Shown: positions 28,097 through 40,885, counted from the first letter of the whole stretch. The stretch: DNA of 63,644 nucleotides, filler included, from Octopus bimaculoides (GCF_001194135.2; 5 parts of 4 records of this genome joined end to end with filler, not necessarily neighbours in it); one strand, 5' to 3'. The notes: generated by a model not told the origin, from the sequence alone. Numbers and translations: made by a program.

Positions 28097-30099
28097 TTAA
28101 ACACACACACATTTAAACACACACACACACACTCCCACACACACGGACACAGATACACACACACACACACACATACACACACTAATACTCACAAATATAT
28201 ACATGAGAAAAATCTCAAGTTTGTTAATCAATCTTACCATAATAATTCATTAAGTTTCACTGATTTAGCAGTGGATGGGAAATAAATAGAAACTGGTACA
28301 TTATTAGAAGAATGAAGGATTGGGCGTGGATAAACAAAATAGCTAAGCGAATGTTACTGTTATAGTAATAAAAAGGCATCTAATGGTAAAAATGATAAAA
28401 CTGGGGAAATGTTAGAATTCTGTGAATACGATTAGAGAGGCGTATAAAAGTGATTTTACAGAGAAAAGAAAACAAATGAGTGCACATCTATTTCTCTTTG
28501 TGTGCTTCTCAGATGGATATTTGAAAATGTGCGATGACGTCCACATTTATTGCACATATTGCTGTATATATAAATGTGTCTTTATAAAGCCTGCGTAGTT
28601 ACCTTTGCTACGTTACTTACTCCATTTTGAAAATGTCTAATCCTGCTTTGTCTTTATTAATTTCTTTTGTTATTGCCAGTTTGTGCAAAATTGAAACTTC
28701 TCACTAAGAAATATAATATAGAAAAACTTAAAGTCATTGAGATTTTTCTTTTTTTTTTCGGAATTTTAAATTGGTTTAACTGAAACAGATGCCAGTTAAT
28801 AACTCCGTATTGCTGCAATGAGGCTTATATTATATATAGATCTGTTTTTATAAAATAGCAAAACAGCAAAACACGTACAAACAGTAGAACAATAACTCCA
28901 GTTAAAATTTAAAAGTCTAGATAGTATGTAATAACCAATCATAATTTCTCAGTGGTAAGGACGTATGTATATTCTACCGAGAACTAGATCGTGCAACGTT
29001 CATATGATATTCGCAAAGACATTAACTTGATAACGCAAATTGCTTCACGTTGGATGTAATAACATTATAAATTCGACATGCCTGTAACTTTTGAACGCTG
29101 CCCTGTACGTATCATTGAATTACTGAAGGGAAGTCCAAGAAAGCGCTTTACTTCTATTCAGAAATGAACATAGAAAATATTTTACAAATGTTACTTGCTA
29201 AAATGAATCTAATAACACCCATATTGTATTTATATCTTTGTATGATATGAATTCCTGTTTTTAATCGAAGGAATGTATACTTTGAGATATTTACGAAATA
29301 TCAGTTTAACATGCCTTACACATAGTAGTAGAAACAGGTGCGGTCTTACTCGCTTTTAATTGAACCGATAAAATATTTGTTGACATTATGAGGACATGAC
29401 AAACCAAGTCATTGGCTTTTAAAGCTTTACATAAATTGTAATTATTTTGTTTGTTGGGTAAGGTGGATAGCACCACTTACCTGCAATTATTTCTGCATAT
29501 TCGATTAAAGTTAGTTACTCAGATTTACAGATTTTCCGGAATATCACAGAAGAAACTCCAAACATTCAGTGCTTAGATTACGAATAGAAACAGAAATGTT
29601 ACCTACATTCAACTTTTAGAATAATAAACAACCTACAGGACTTCAAGAATCGCCATGACTGGAACTTCTTGAGTTGTATAACCAACAATTTGCAATAATA
29701 GTGGTATAATTAAATTAATATAAGAAGATAATCTTATCATTGGATAAATATTCATATTGGATTTCATATGTTTCAAGAAATGTAAGAATTAATTATTATA
29801 ATTATTCATTAGACAATTATTAATTATTGCCATTATCAATTATTTCATTATTTGTTATTTTGATTAATCTCTGTTATATTTGCACATGGAGCGTAATTTG
29901 CCAATTTAGAGGTATATATCTAGTGATATAAAGAATGTGAATGATATTATTGGATAATTCGTCTTACTGAATAAAAGAAAAAATATGAAAATAAAATTCC
30001 AGTTCTATCAATAGTCATTTGGCTCTCCATTATTGAGTTTTTTCTTAATGTTCTCTTAATTGTCATGTGAGCAACAGTTCGGGAGAAATTGCCACGAGG

Positions 30100-30218
30100 A
30101 TGGTACTTACTTTACCTATCCCGAAAGGATGAAAGGCAAAGTCGATCTCGACAGAATTTGAACTCCGAACATGAAGACGGACGAAATACCGCCAAGCATT
30201 TCGCCCGGCGTGCTAACT
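30100..30218 (-). mobile_element. SINE family C, 5' part
   Basis: CCGAAAGGATGAAAGGCAAAGTCGA...GCATTTCGCCCGGCGTGCTAAC. Confidence 0.85.
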
Positions 30219-31151
30219 ATTAATGCTTCATAATAATAAAAATTATTATAAGGCACATTATACACTATCATATTTCTGTAAATAATCTCCCATCTATTAC
30301 CACTTCTCGTATACTCTGCCACAACACCTCAAACATATTTTCTTAGTAAAGTCCATAAAATTATCTCTCTAGAGCAACACTATGTATTTGCAATCAGGAG
30401 CCCTATAAAAGGATGTTCACTTTCACCAACAGAATTGTGTCACATTAGTAAAGACAAACATGAAAAACTCCAAAGACATCTTGTTCAGCTCTTTATGCTT
30501 TCCATATCAACACAAGACCATCCATCCATCACATATTTTCTGAAGACCTCGTTTATCATATTTATATCAGCTCATCATAATTCTACCTATCTTAAATAGT
30601 CTCCTCCAAGTATTAAATCTTTCTTTCGACTCCTTAAATGCTGCCAAATTTGTAGCCACGGTGCCCATATATTTTTCCAGTCTAAAGAAATGTAACCCAT
30701 CTCCAGAGAGTATTCTTCATTATTCATGTTCAGCACTTTATTTTCAACCATAACATAGTCCATAGTTTCGAACTACTTTAGTCTGATACCGCTGCTGTTT
30801 CGATGCTGTCTAACTCACTTCAACTAAAAGAGACTATAGCTTTCATGATTTCATTTTTAAGAGCACTTTTTCTATTACAACTAAATATTCTCGAAAGAAA
30901 TGCATCATTTGTCACTATATCTTCCATATTATACATATTGGTAATACCATGAAACAATTTGTTTCATATCCATCAACTTAATCCACTGTATTTCCTGCCA
31001 ACATTGAGAAACTGGTCAAAGTCTAAACGTACGCTTGATGTATCAAGACCAGTTTTTCAGTTCACTTCATAAGCCTATAAGTATGTTCAGAATTGTTCCT
31101 TTTATGTGTATTGGTGTATGTATGAATATGCGTGCTTATATGTGTGTGTGT

Positions 31152-31190
<39 letters not shown>

Positions 31191-34100
31191 NNNNNNNNNN
31201 NNNNNNNNNNNNNNNNNNNNNNNNNNNNNNNNNNNNNNNNNNNNNNNNNNNNNNNNNNNNNNNNNNNTGTGTGTGTGTGTGTGTGAGCGAGTATGTGTTT
31301 AATCCTTGTGACTCAGGCTTCGACATATTCCACTAAACTTTAAATACCTTTTTGATTATAATCTGATCCCGTTCCATATTTCATTCACTACGCTTCTACA
31401 CTATTCTTATGTTATTTTCCCTTATACTTCCTAAATACGTTTTAATTTTATGTGCGCTCATTGTCTCCCACTCGGCTTTTCACTTTATTTGTCTTCACTT
31501 TTTGAACTAATTCATCCGTATTCTTTAATGCTTTGATTTTTGAAGGACAAGACAGATTAAGATTCTAATGGTGTTTTAATACTTATAAATTTCGACCAGT
31601 CGAACCTTAAAAAAGTTTATGTGGAATGGCTACATAAAAAATTTTCCATCTCAATACGGACTTCATTATATTTTCAGACTTATTCTGATCCTTATTTATA
31701 TATTCATTATCATTACTTCTTCGTAGCTCTTTATTTCGATTTGATATATATCAATAACTAAATCGTTAAACAAACACTACAAGCTCCAAAATATTTTCCC
31801 CCGATATAATACAGCTGTATTATATCGAGGAAAAGAAGTATTTTGGAGCGTGTAGTGTTTGTTTAACAATTTAGTCCAAATGTTGTCAGTGTCACCGTTA
31901 ACTTTTGAAACACCAGCATCGATAGAGAAGCTATTGATAATGTATTTGAGCCGATTCAATCGACTACAAGCCATAGTTATGAAAATAGTTGTGTTTCACC
32001 AAAAATAATATTATTTCAAGGGGAAAACATTGATTTAGTTGCACAATGATCGCAAAACTATAATAAAAATTCCCTATATTCTATATATCTATTATTGATA
32101 TATATCCAGTCATACTGTGCCCACCTATTTCGGATTTTCTTTGTATTGTAAGAATTGGCCACACTGATTAATTGTTAATCGTCTGTTGTATTTTTCTATT
32201 GGAAGTTACCATAGCACTTTACTTGAAGCAATACTCATACCTGTCATATTTTCTTTCTATTTCATCGATGAATTATGTAGGTTAGCCATAAGGCCTTTCA
32301 TTCAGTAGATTTATAATTTAAAGACAAGACTGAGTACTGACAAAATGAAGTTCATGAAAGACATATGGGAAAAAATCCAATAATATCACAACAGAAACAA
32401 GCAAGTTATAAGAAATGCTAATGCAAATCTAAACAGCTTCAACAAAAAATTACACTTAAAAATGAAGTATTTATATTCAGCAGAGTATTTGACATAGTAG
32501 AAGATATGCCAAGTTTTCTGACAATATTTTTTCTATAATGATAGGTATTTGTCTATATTTGCCTTAAAAAATTGAGATTCTTCTGCTGAATAAATTATTC
32601 TTATAGTTTATAGTTTTATCAAACCCCTCTCATATTGAGATACCTCTACTTGCTCCCTGTATATATGGGTGTGTATATGCGTGTGAGTTCGTATTTGTGT
32701 GTGCGTGTGTGTTAGTGTGTGTGCGTGTATGTATATGTGCGAGTGTGCTTGTGTGTGTGTGTGTGTGTGTATGTGTGTGCGCGTGTGCATCTGTGTGTGT
32801 GTGTATGTACTTTTTGTGTAACTTTCTATATTACAAACCGAAGACAAATCAGTATACTTACGCCACTCGAAAATTAAAGAGAGGCTTGAACGCCAAGCAA
32901 TCTCATTTATATCTACCTATTCCTTTAGTTAACCATTTCAATTTGCTTGTCCTACTAAAACTGTTGCTAATGTGTGTGAACATCACTGCATCAATTTCCT
33001 ACCTGCCTTCTTAAGTGTTTATTGGGGTGCATGATATTCTTAATGATCTATCGAAGTAACCACTATGGAATTCCATCTGTTAAAGAAAGCATTCACAAGA
33101 GGGAGGTCTGGTTTCATCTTCTAACCGTTTTCTTTTCGTACAGTATTTGATACCGAATTGCAACATTTCGCCTGAAGAAATCCTTGATGTTGTTTTCGAT
33201 TAATTTTACAAGTCTCCATAAGAACTACAAAAAGAATTAGTTAATGCAAATGATGAAGGAGTTATGCATTAGCCCAAACCCCTAATGTTAGCAACAAAAT
33301 CTACCTTAAATGGCGATACACTGTGCCTAACTCAAAAGGCACGATATTCAGGAATGGAATGCGTTTGATTAGGGTTGACTTTGTACTAAGTAACAACAGC
33401 AGGGCTCTTGAAGAAGGACATTGCAGTAGAAACCCAAGTAGTTTGCCACGTCACTTTACTGACTGACTTCACTGGGAACACTGTATATATGTGTTCGCTG
33501 ACGTGTGCAAATGTAAATGTGTGTTCGTGTGTGCTTAGATACGGGTTTATTAAATCGTACTGTACTATTTGTAAATGTTTATCTATCATGAGTATATTTT
33601 AATTTGAAAGGATTTTTCAAAAAGGAAATATATTTTGAAATTAAATTAGAAATATAGACAGAGTTGAAAATTTAGCTCTACGTATTGAAGGTCAATAAAC
33701 AAAATCTTTATATTCCAAAATGCAAGTTAACAAGCGTTATTAAACAGCTACTTATCTTTATGGAATAATAGCATTGCTCTTATTAATTGATTTATTAATA
33801 TCGTCCAAGTAAAGCTCTTCGAAACATACATCTCAGTTCTAAACAGCAAAACTTCTTACCAGCAATTGTATCTGAATCAGTAATTTCGATATTAAAATAA
33901 TTGTACAGTCAAAAGGATCATTACTTTCTTTAATACTCCTAAAAATAAAGGTTAATCTTTTTTTTTTTTTTTGTGGCGACGGTTAATCAAGATTCAGTTT
34001 AAAATATGTGATAATATATATCTTTACATTTGAAATTTATTGCATAATCGATTCCATTATTTACAGTCAAATATATATTGACACGACGAAGCTCAATATG

Positions 34101-34376
34101 AATGCATAACATATTTAATCCCATAAAAATTATCATACATTTATCTAAAGATTGGTATCCAAATATTACTAACTAACTGATTCTAAATTGCAATGAAGAT
34201 TATCTATGTAGAAAACCAAACGTGTGGTACGGTGTATAAAAATAATTTATAATCATCCACATGCTATTATAAATAATTGACTTTAAAATGTTTGTATTGG
34301 TTTATCGAGTATTTTGTCTCCTTTAAACTGGGCAGTTTACTGGAAAATAATTATTATATATACGCAGACACAAACT

Positions 34377-34424
<48 letters not shown>

Positions 34425-34523
34425 ACATACATATATACATGCGCGCACACACACATATATAATATATAATATATAATATAACACACACACACACACACGC
34501 GCGCACACGCACACACACACACG

Positions 34524-34559
<36 letters not shown>

Positions 34560-34573
34560 CAACAAATTAAAAG

Positions 34574-35074
34574 GGTGGGTTATTAGCAATTAGAACCTAA
34601 AAGCAAAATTGATAGAGGTCACACAAAGTAACGGAGGGTACTGACTAGCACCGCTTATGCTAAAATAAGAATTAAATTAATTCCAAAGCCACTGAAGCAC
34701 TATACTTAACGACTAACAAAGTATATAGCCGTATCGTGATTTCGAATTTTAGTGTAGACCACCTTAATTCTCATCAGCGGCTCTTAACGCCAAAGGTTAA
34801 ACTAAACTTCCTTTGTCAATCTTATAAGAAAAACCGTTGAAAACATGTGCTGATTTTCAAACCGGTAAAAGTCTAACCAGCAAAATAAAAAGGTGGCTTA
34901 TTAGCAATTAGAACCTAAAGACAAAAATTAATAGAGGTCACAACTGATTAGCACGGTTTATGCTAAAATATTTTTGCATAAGTATAGTCCTTTAGTGACT
35001 TTGAAGTTAATTTAACTCTTATTTTAGCATAAGCGGTGCTAGTCAGTACCTTCCGGTATTTTGTGACCTCTATT
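34574..35074 (-). mobile_element. Hammerhead-containing cassette with a direct repeat (period 318) and a long inverted repeat; retrozyme-like or Penelope pLTR-like
   Basis: Direct copies start at 34574 and 34892. Inverted arms at 34612-34708 and 34979-35074, with a perfect 34-bp core at 34637-34670 and 35017-35050. Confidence 0.75.
34727..34782 (-). ncRNA. Minimal type I hammerhead ribozyme, core intact
   Basis: Minus RNA: AGCCG-CUGAUGA-GAAUUAAGGUG-GUCUA-CACUAAAAUUC-GAAA-U-CACG-AUA-CGGCU. Perfect 5-bp stem I, G10.1-C11.1 pair, NUH triplet AUA. Confidence 0.82.
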
Positions 35075-35089
35075 GATATATATATATAT

Positions 35090-35132
<43 letters not shown>

Positions 35133-35603
35133 CAGTGGATCATCGATCGACTTTTACGTGATTAAATTTGTAAACAGTCTTGCAATCATCTTTAAAAGGT
35201 ACATATTCAGTCTTACTATAATACTGTGAATAATAAATCCCGCTGTGAAGCCACACCGCTCGGAGCAACTAAGGTAGAAGTCCGACTTGATTTATGTGTA
35301 TGTAAGGGTTTCGCGACGTGACTTTCCCGGAAGCTGCTTTTTGTCGTGTTGAACTTACTTCAATATTGTTAAGTGTCCGTTGGTTAACCAAAGCAGAAAA
35401 TCTATATATTTAGTTTATGTTTATTAAATATATAATCCTTCCTGCTCATATATTTATTTTTTTGTGTGTATGCGTGTGTATACATGTGTGTGGTTGTGCT
35501 TAGTGCGTGTATGATGGACAAATATTATAAATGTCCTCGGGATTTAAAAAAATTTCTGATGCATTGTTTATACTAATATGTATATTTTTTGTTCTCATTT
35601 CAG

Positions 35604-35908
35604 GAGCGTTTCTTATACCATACGCAGTAATGCTGTTTGTGGAAGGAATTCCTATATTCTATTTGGAGTTAGCTATAGGTCAAAGATTACGCAAAGGCGC
35701 TATCGGTTGCTGGAATCAAGTATCACCTTATTTAGGTGGTCTTGGTATAGCTGCCGCCGTTGTTTCCTTCAATGTGGCACTCTATTACAACACAATCATG
35801 GCATGGTGCATGTACTATCTAGTCGAAAGTTTTCAGAGTCCTCTACCTTGGTCTTCCTGTCCATCTGAAACAGTGGGTAATATTACGACATTTAACCAGG
35901 AATGTGAA
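35604..35908 (+). CDS. Internal exon of an SLC6 sodium:neurotransmitter-symporter-family transporter (SLC6A15/A17-like neutral amino-acid clade)
   Basis: Translation (G)AFLIPYAVMLFVEGIPIFYLELAIGQRLRKGAIGCWNQVSPYLGGLGIAAAVVSFNVALYYNTIMAWCMYYLVESFQSPLPWSSCP...ECE covers TM2-TM3 and the start of EL2. Acceptor TTTCAG at 35603 (phase 1), donor GTAAGT at 35909. Confidence 0.95.
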
Positions 35909-36152
35909 GTAAGTAGTACTACAATTATATATCTAAAATTTATTGTATCAGTTATATTTCACATTTTCTTAAGCAGAAATATACATGAGTATTAAGAGAT
36001 AAAAGCTGCTATGATGTATAGTAGCGTGTTATAATGTATGATAAGCATTAATTTGAAACAATAAAAAAGAAAGATTACATACGTGGAACGTTCTAGTCAT
36101 CGATTACACTGTAAAATGCCTGTAATTTTTGTCTCTATCTCACACACACAAA

Positions 36153-36190
<38 letters not shown>

Positions 36191-36443
36191 ACACACACAC
36201 TCACGCATACATACACATACATACATACAAACACAACACAGTATTAATACAATATAGAAAATGCATATGGCATTTTATGTATTATGAAACACACGTATTA
36301 CGGAAAATTACTACCAGGTTTATATAATCGTGTTAATTCACCTCTTAAACACTGATGAGGTAATTAACAAGATTATATAATCATTCATCAAGCAATTGTG
36401 TAACCCCACCTGTAATTTGTCAAAACGCATACATGGTTTATAC

Positions 36444-36484
<41 letters not shown>

Positions 36485-36485
<1 letters not shown>

Positions 36486-36785
36486 CTTAGATAAAACTTA
36501 GGTATGTTTCGACCAAAAATTGGCCCAGGCCATGTCTAACTTAATAGCACCACCTGATAGGATTACCTAAATACTTTTTAAGCCAAGTTTTGTGGTATCA
36601 TGGTCCACTCGAGTAGGGAGTTCTTGTTGAATGAGTTGTATCCAGGTATAGGTGGCGTATCTGGTATTCCTTGAAGAAATTTGTCCAGATTCCGTTCGTG
36701 ATGGAATCCTTTTCTTCTTTGATCTCTTTCGGGACAATGTTAAATAGGGCAGTGCCTATTGAGGAAAAAAAATTGGAACATACAT
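36485..36785 (-). mobile_element. CR1-clade LINE 3' fragment
   Basis: Minus translation FFSSIGTALFNIVPKEIKEEK, NLDKFLQGIPDTPPIPGYNSFNKNSLLEW, typical of the CR1 RT C-terminus, followed by a 3' UTR ending in (TA)n. Confidence 0.75.
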
Positions 36786-37008
36786 ACTACTATTGGAACA
36801 TACATGCCATGCAATGGAAACATTTTTTACCAATTCAATACACCACTTTCCTCAAATAATGGAACGGCAACGACAATATCTTTATATATTTTATTTTTAT
36901 CTGTACTTTCATTCACTTATTTCCCTCTATATTCCCTATCTCTTCTTTTTCCATAATAATTCCTTATTCCAAACTCAAATATTTACCTCTATTTAACCAT
37001 CTCACATT

Positions 37009-37056
37009 GTCTCTGATGAAAGGATATCCACAATATCCCAGAAACAGCTGTAAGAC
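37009..37056 (+). ncRNA. Minimal type I hammerhead motif in a Penelope pLTR-like segment (about 36790-37100)
   Basis: GUCU-CUGAUGA-AA-GGAUAU-CCACA-AUAUCC-CA-GAAAC-AGCU-GUA-AGAC. Stem I is a perfect 4 bp; the base of stem II is mispaired. Confidence 0.72.
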
Positions 37057-37117
37057 TATATCTATATCTTTTCCCTTATAAATGTCCTGAAAACTCCTTT
37101 GTTATCTCATTTTGTCT

Positions 37118-37157
<40 letters not shown>

Positions 37158-37182
37158 CAGAGAGAGAGATAAAAATAGGTAT

Positions 37183-37241
<59 letters not shown>

Positions 37242-37594
37242 GCAGCCACAGTCGTACGCAGACGCATGATGCATACACAAACACTAATTTGATGCAAAAT
37301 CAGAATGGAAAATTTAAATATCATCCGATAGTTGGATATGCTATTCTTGTAAGCCGGACGAGATGGTTTCATTTATATGTGCGTGTGTTTGTGTGCGTGT
37401 GTGTGTCTGTGTCTGTCTGTCTGTCTGTATGTATATGTGTGTGTGTGTATGTATGTATGTATGTATGTATGTATGTATATAAAAATTGCAACACGAAGAT
37501 GGAAATAGCAGGCTTTAATAGCAAATTACATTTGTTTCTACTCTGGGCACCAGCTTTATGTTGCAGATTTTACGTTCATATACCATTATTATTT

Positions 37595-37808
37595 TATTCT
37601 TTTACTTGTTTCAGTCATTTGACTGCTGCCATGCTGGAGTACCGCCTTAAATGGTTTTAGTTGAACAGTTCAACCTCGGGACTTATTCTTTGTGAGTCTT
37701 GTATTTATTCTATCGATGTCTTTGCCGAACCGCTAGTTTACGAGGCCATAAATAATCCAGCATCGGTTGTCATGTGATGGCAGGGGGACAAACATAGACA
37801 CGCACAAA
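37595..37808 (-). mobile_element. SINE family A tail
   Basis: TTTACTTGTTTCAGTCATTTGACTGCTGCCATGCTGGAG...GCCGAACCGCTAG. Confidence 0.8.
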
Positions 37809-37977
37809 NNNNNNNNNNNNNNNNNNNNNNNNNNNNNNNNNNNNNNNNNNNNNNNNNNNNNNNNNNNNNNNNNNNNNNNNNNNNNNNNNNNNNNNNNNNN
37901 NNNNNNNNCTTAGCGGTATTTCGCCTGCCGCTACGTTCTGAGTTCAAATACCTGATGAAAAAAAAAAAAGGGATAGA

Positions 37978-38482
37978 GATGCAGGAAAAGAAGCAAAATG
38001 TGACAACCACAACCGATGAGACATGATGTTGTAGTTAGTACACTCTACAATGAAATCCTTCGGAAGGATAACCCCGAGAACAAAATAATAAGAACCCATA
38101 GTATAGTAGAAGCCATAGCCACTCATAATAAAAAGGAGCTCAACAAACCTGTTATAATGATTTGAGATAGAGAAGAGAAACTGTTCACAGTTGTGGAAAA
38201 TAGCTGATCAGCGGATGTTAACATAAAGCTGAAGATCAGTGAAAAGGAGAATAACTACGCTGAACTGTTGACAAATCTGCAGTTACTCTATCTAGATTAC
38301 AAGTTCAGGTTTACACTTGTAATTATTGGGGCGCTGTGATGTGTAACACACTGCTTAAATACCAATCTTGAGAAATTAGACTTCTTAAAACCAGAAAGGA
38401 GAAAGCTAATTCGAAGACTAAAGATCCAGTCCATCACTGGAACAGCAAAAATTTGTAAAACTTTCCAGAAGTTTATCATTTA
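37978..38482 (+). mobile_element. RLE-domain non-LTR retrotransposon 3' fragment (a lineage distinct from the Dong copies)
   Basis: Translation RHDVVVSTLYNEILRKDNP, NKP.IMI*DREEK, EKENNYAELL, VIIGAL, GTAKICKTFQKFII*; restriction-like endonuclease signature. Confidence 0.7.
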
Positions 38483-38756
38483 AATATATAAGAGCGTATC
38501 TAGATATGTAACTATATGCATAAGAATACACACATAAAAGAAAACAAACAAATCTGCATGCATACATACATATAGACAGACAGACAGACAAAACTTGCCT
38601 GTTGATGTTGAAATTTCAATGAAGAAACCTTGGATGTAGGTTAGAAACCGGCTCTTTCTCTATTGGCAAGGAATCTTGAAATAAAACTGAATAATGACAC
38701 ACACACACACAGACACACACACACACATATATATATATTTGCGTATATTTGCAGAG

Positions 38757-38973
38757 TAATCATTCGCCATATCGCAGTTCACCTATTGCGGTTTATTATT
38801 TAAGCTCACGTCGATTCCTCCGTGCTGTTATTTTGCTTTTATAATAAAATAAATATATACAAATTGAAAAAATAATTTAAAAAATATACAGTATAGTACT
38901 GTTTCTACTTCGCGAATTTTCATCTATCATGGGGCATTTTGGTACCTAACACACACGATAGTGGAGGGGTTAT
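38757..38973. mobile_element. Tigger/pogo-like MITE, second copy
   Basis: Homologous to 5615-5764. Confidence 0.55.
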
Positions 38974-39178
38974 NNNNNNNNNNNNNNNNNNNNNNNNNNN
39001 NNNNNNNNNNNNNNNNNNNNNNNNNNNNNNNNNNNNNNNNNNNNNNNNNNNNNNNNNNNNNNNNNNNNNNNNNNNNNNNNNNNNNNNNNNNNNNNNNNNN
39101 NNNNNNNNNNNNNNNNNNNNNNNNNNNNNNNNNNNNNNNNNNNNNNNNNNNNNNNNNNNNNNNNNNNNNNNNNNNNNN

Positions 39179-39236
<58 letters not shown>

Positions 39237-40495
39237 ATTCAAATAGAGGATATGTTAACCTCGTGAAGGGACGGTTGCATCCAAGGAAATACTGGAAACG
39301 GTTGTAAGAAGCGAAGATGACATTTTGTTAATAATAAATAATTTACTCCTTAATCTCCGTTTTCTTTTCTTCTTTTAACTATATATGTGTGTGTGCGTGT
39401 GTAGGCATACCTCAAATGACGTCAATAATTGATCCGAAGTCGTGCAGCATAACAGGAAAAGATGACGTAAAACGAAAGAACATTTGAAAAAATGCTTTAG
39501 TTTTTGTCTTCTTTAATAAATAGTTTATGCATATTTTTACATGTACTTTACTTAATTTTCCACTTCAATACTGGTTATTATGGCTTGTAGGTATATATAT
39601 ATTTTAAACTATCCTCTTAAATACGTTCGGTGTGATTGATGTAGGGTCCACTGAATTTGAGATTATTCTTAAAAGAGAGAAACAAAGAGACCTAAAGTAT
39701 ATATATTATAATACTAAAGTATATTGCCATCACTTCGTATCATCAGTTTTAACGTGTCGTTGCGTTGCAGTGCTTTGCGAATACTTTCAATGCTATTCTA
39801 ATGAGTTGATTGATATTAACAAAGCTCTTTAATAAACAAAGTGTTTTATAGGTGATTACACATAGATGGACATCTCTCATTACTTTATGGATATTTCAAA
39901 TATCAAACAGTTGATAATATAAATGAATATCGATTGGGTTACTTAAAACATTGGCTAACAATGGTGTTGCTGAATCTAATGATCATAAAGGTGATATGTG
40001 CCAATATTTTTGTCTCTACGTATGTGTGCTTGTATATCTGTCTGTCCATCTGGATGTATGTATGCTTGCATATATGCATGTATGCATGTACGTGTGTATG
40101 CCAGAATGTAGATCCAAAAATACACACACACACACACGTATCTGTGTGTGAGTATGTGTACATATATGTGTGTGTGTGTATCTAATATGTATATAAGTTT
40201 TCAGGATTTAAAATAATCAGGTATTTAAATATTAAAAGCACTAAGGTAGAATCGGGGGTAGCGCATCTGTGTACCGACTATATATACTGACATATACATA
40301 CTTACCAAAGTAAATTGTCCTTCCAGTTATACATACATTCACAAGTAATTGACTGAATACACAACGTGTCATCAACGCCATACAGGGGTACACTCACTGT
40401 ACTTATTCCTCGTCGATTATAGACTCCAGATCCTAACGTATCAAAGGTTCCGAGTTAGGTGAACAATAAATAAATAAATACACAAATGATTTACG

Positions 40496-40557
40496 ATTTA
40501 CTACAGCTGTTTCAGACGTGTTCTCTATGGCAAAAATCTATTTTCATCAGGTGAATA
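40496..40557 (-). ncRNA. Type I hammerhead motif with a decayed stem II
   Basis: Minus: AUUCAC-CUGAUGA-...-AGAACACGUCU-GAAAC-AGCU-GUA-GUAAAU. Confidence 0.6.
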
Positions 40558-40704
40558 AAGGCAAGAATTAATAATTAGAACTTCTCACAAAACAGAACAT
40601 AGCGACAAATGTCTCAACCGACTTGATTTCGGCAGGAGAGCGAGAAATTGAAGTTAATCACTCTTCTGTTTCGTGACAGGTTCAGATTGTTAATTCTTAC
40701 CTGT

Positions 40705-40794
40705 AGTCACCTGATGAAAACGTTTTTATTTTTGCATGATGTAATACCTTTGTTCATCAATAAAGAACACGTCTGAAACAGCGGTAGTAAATCG
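40705..40794 (+). ncRNA. Type I hammerhead motif, inverted partner of 40496-40557
   Basis: GUCAC-CUGAUGA-AAACGUUUUUAUU...AAUAAAGAACACGUCU-GAAAC-AGCG-GUA-GUAAAUCG. Confidence 0.6.
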
Positions 40795-40830
40795 CAACCT
40801 ATCTGTGTCATTATATGTGACGCAGATGTA

Positions 40831-40885
<55 letters not shown>

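Noticed and set aside
36346-36440. CTGATGAG...GTCAAAACGCATA, a possible HHR relic (similar relics near 38610-38655, 39258-39310, 52627-52695 and 60634-60668)
   Set aside because: Invariant core positions are mutated or the stems are absent; cannot be called ribozymes without a family consensus.
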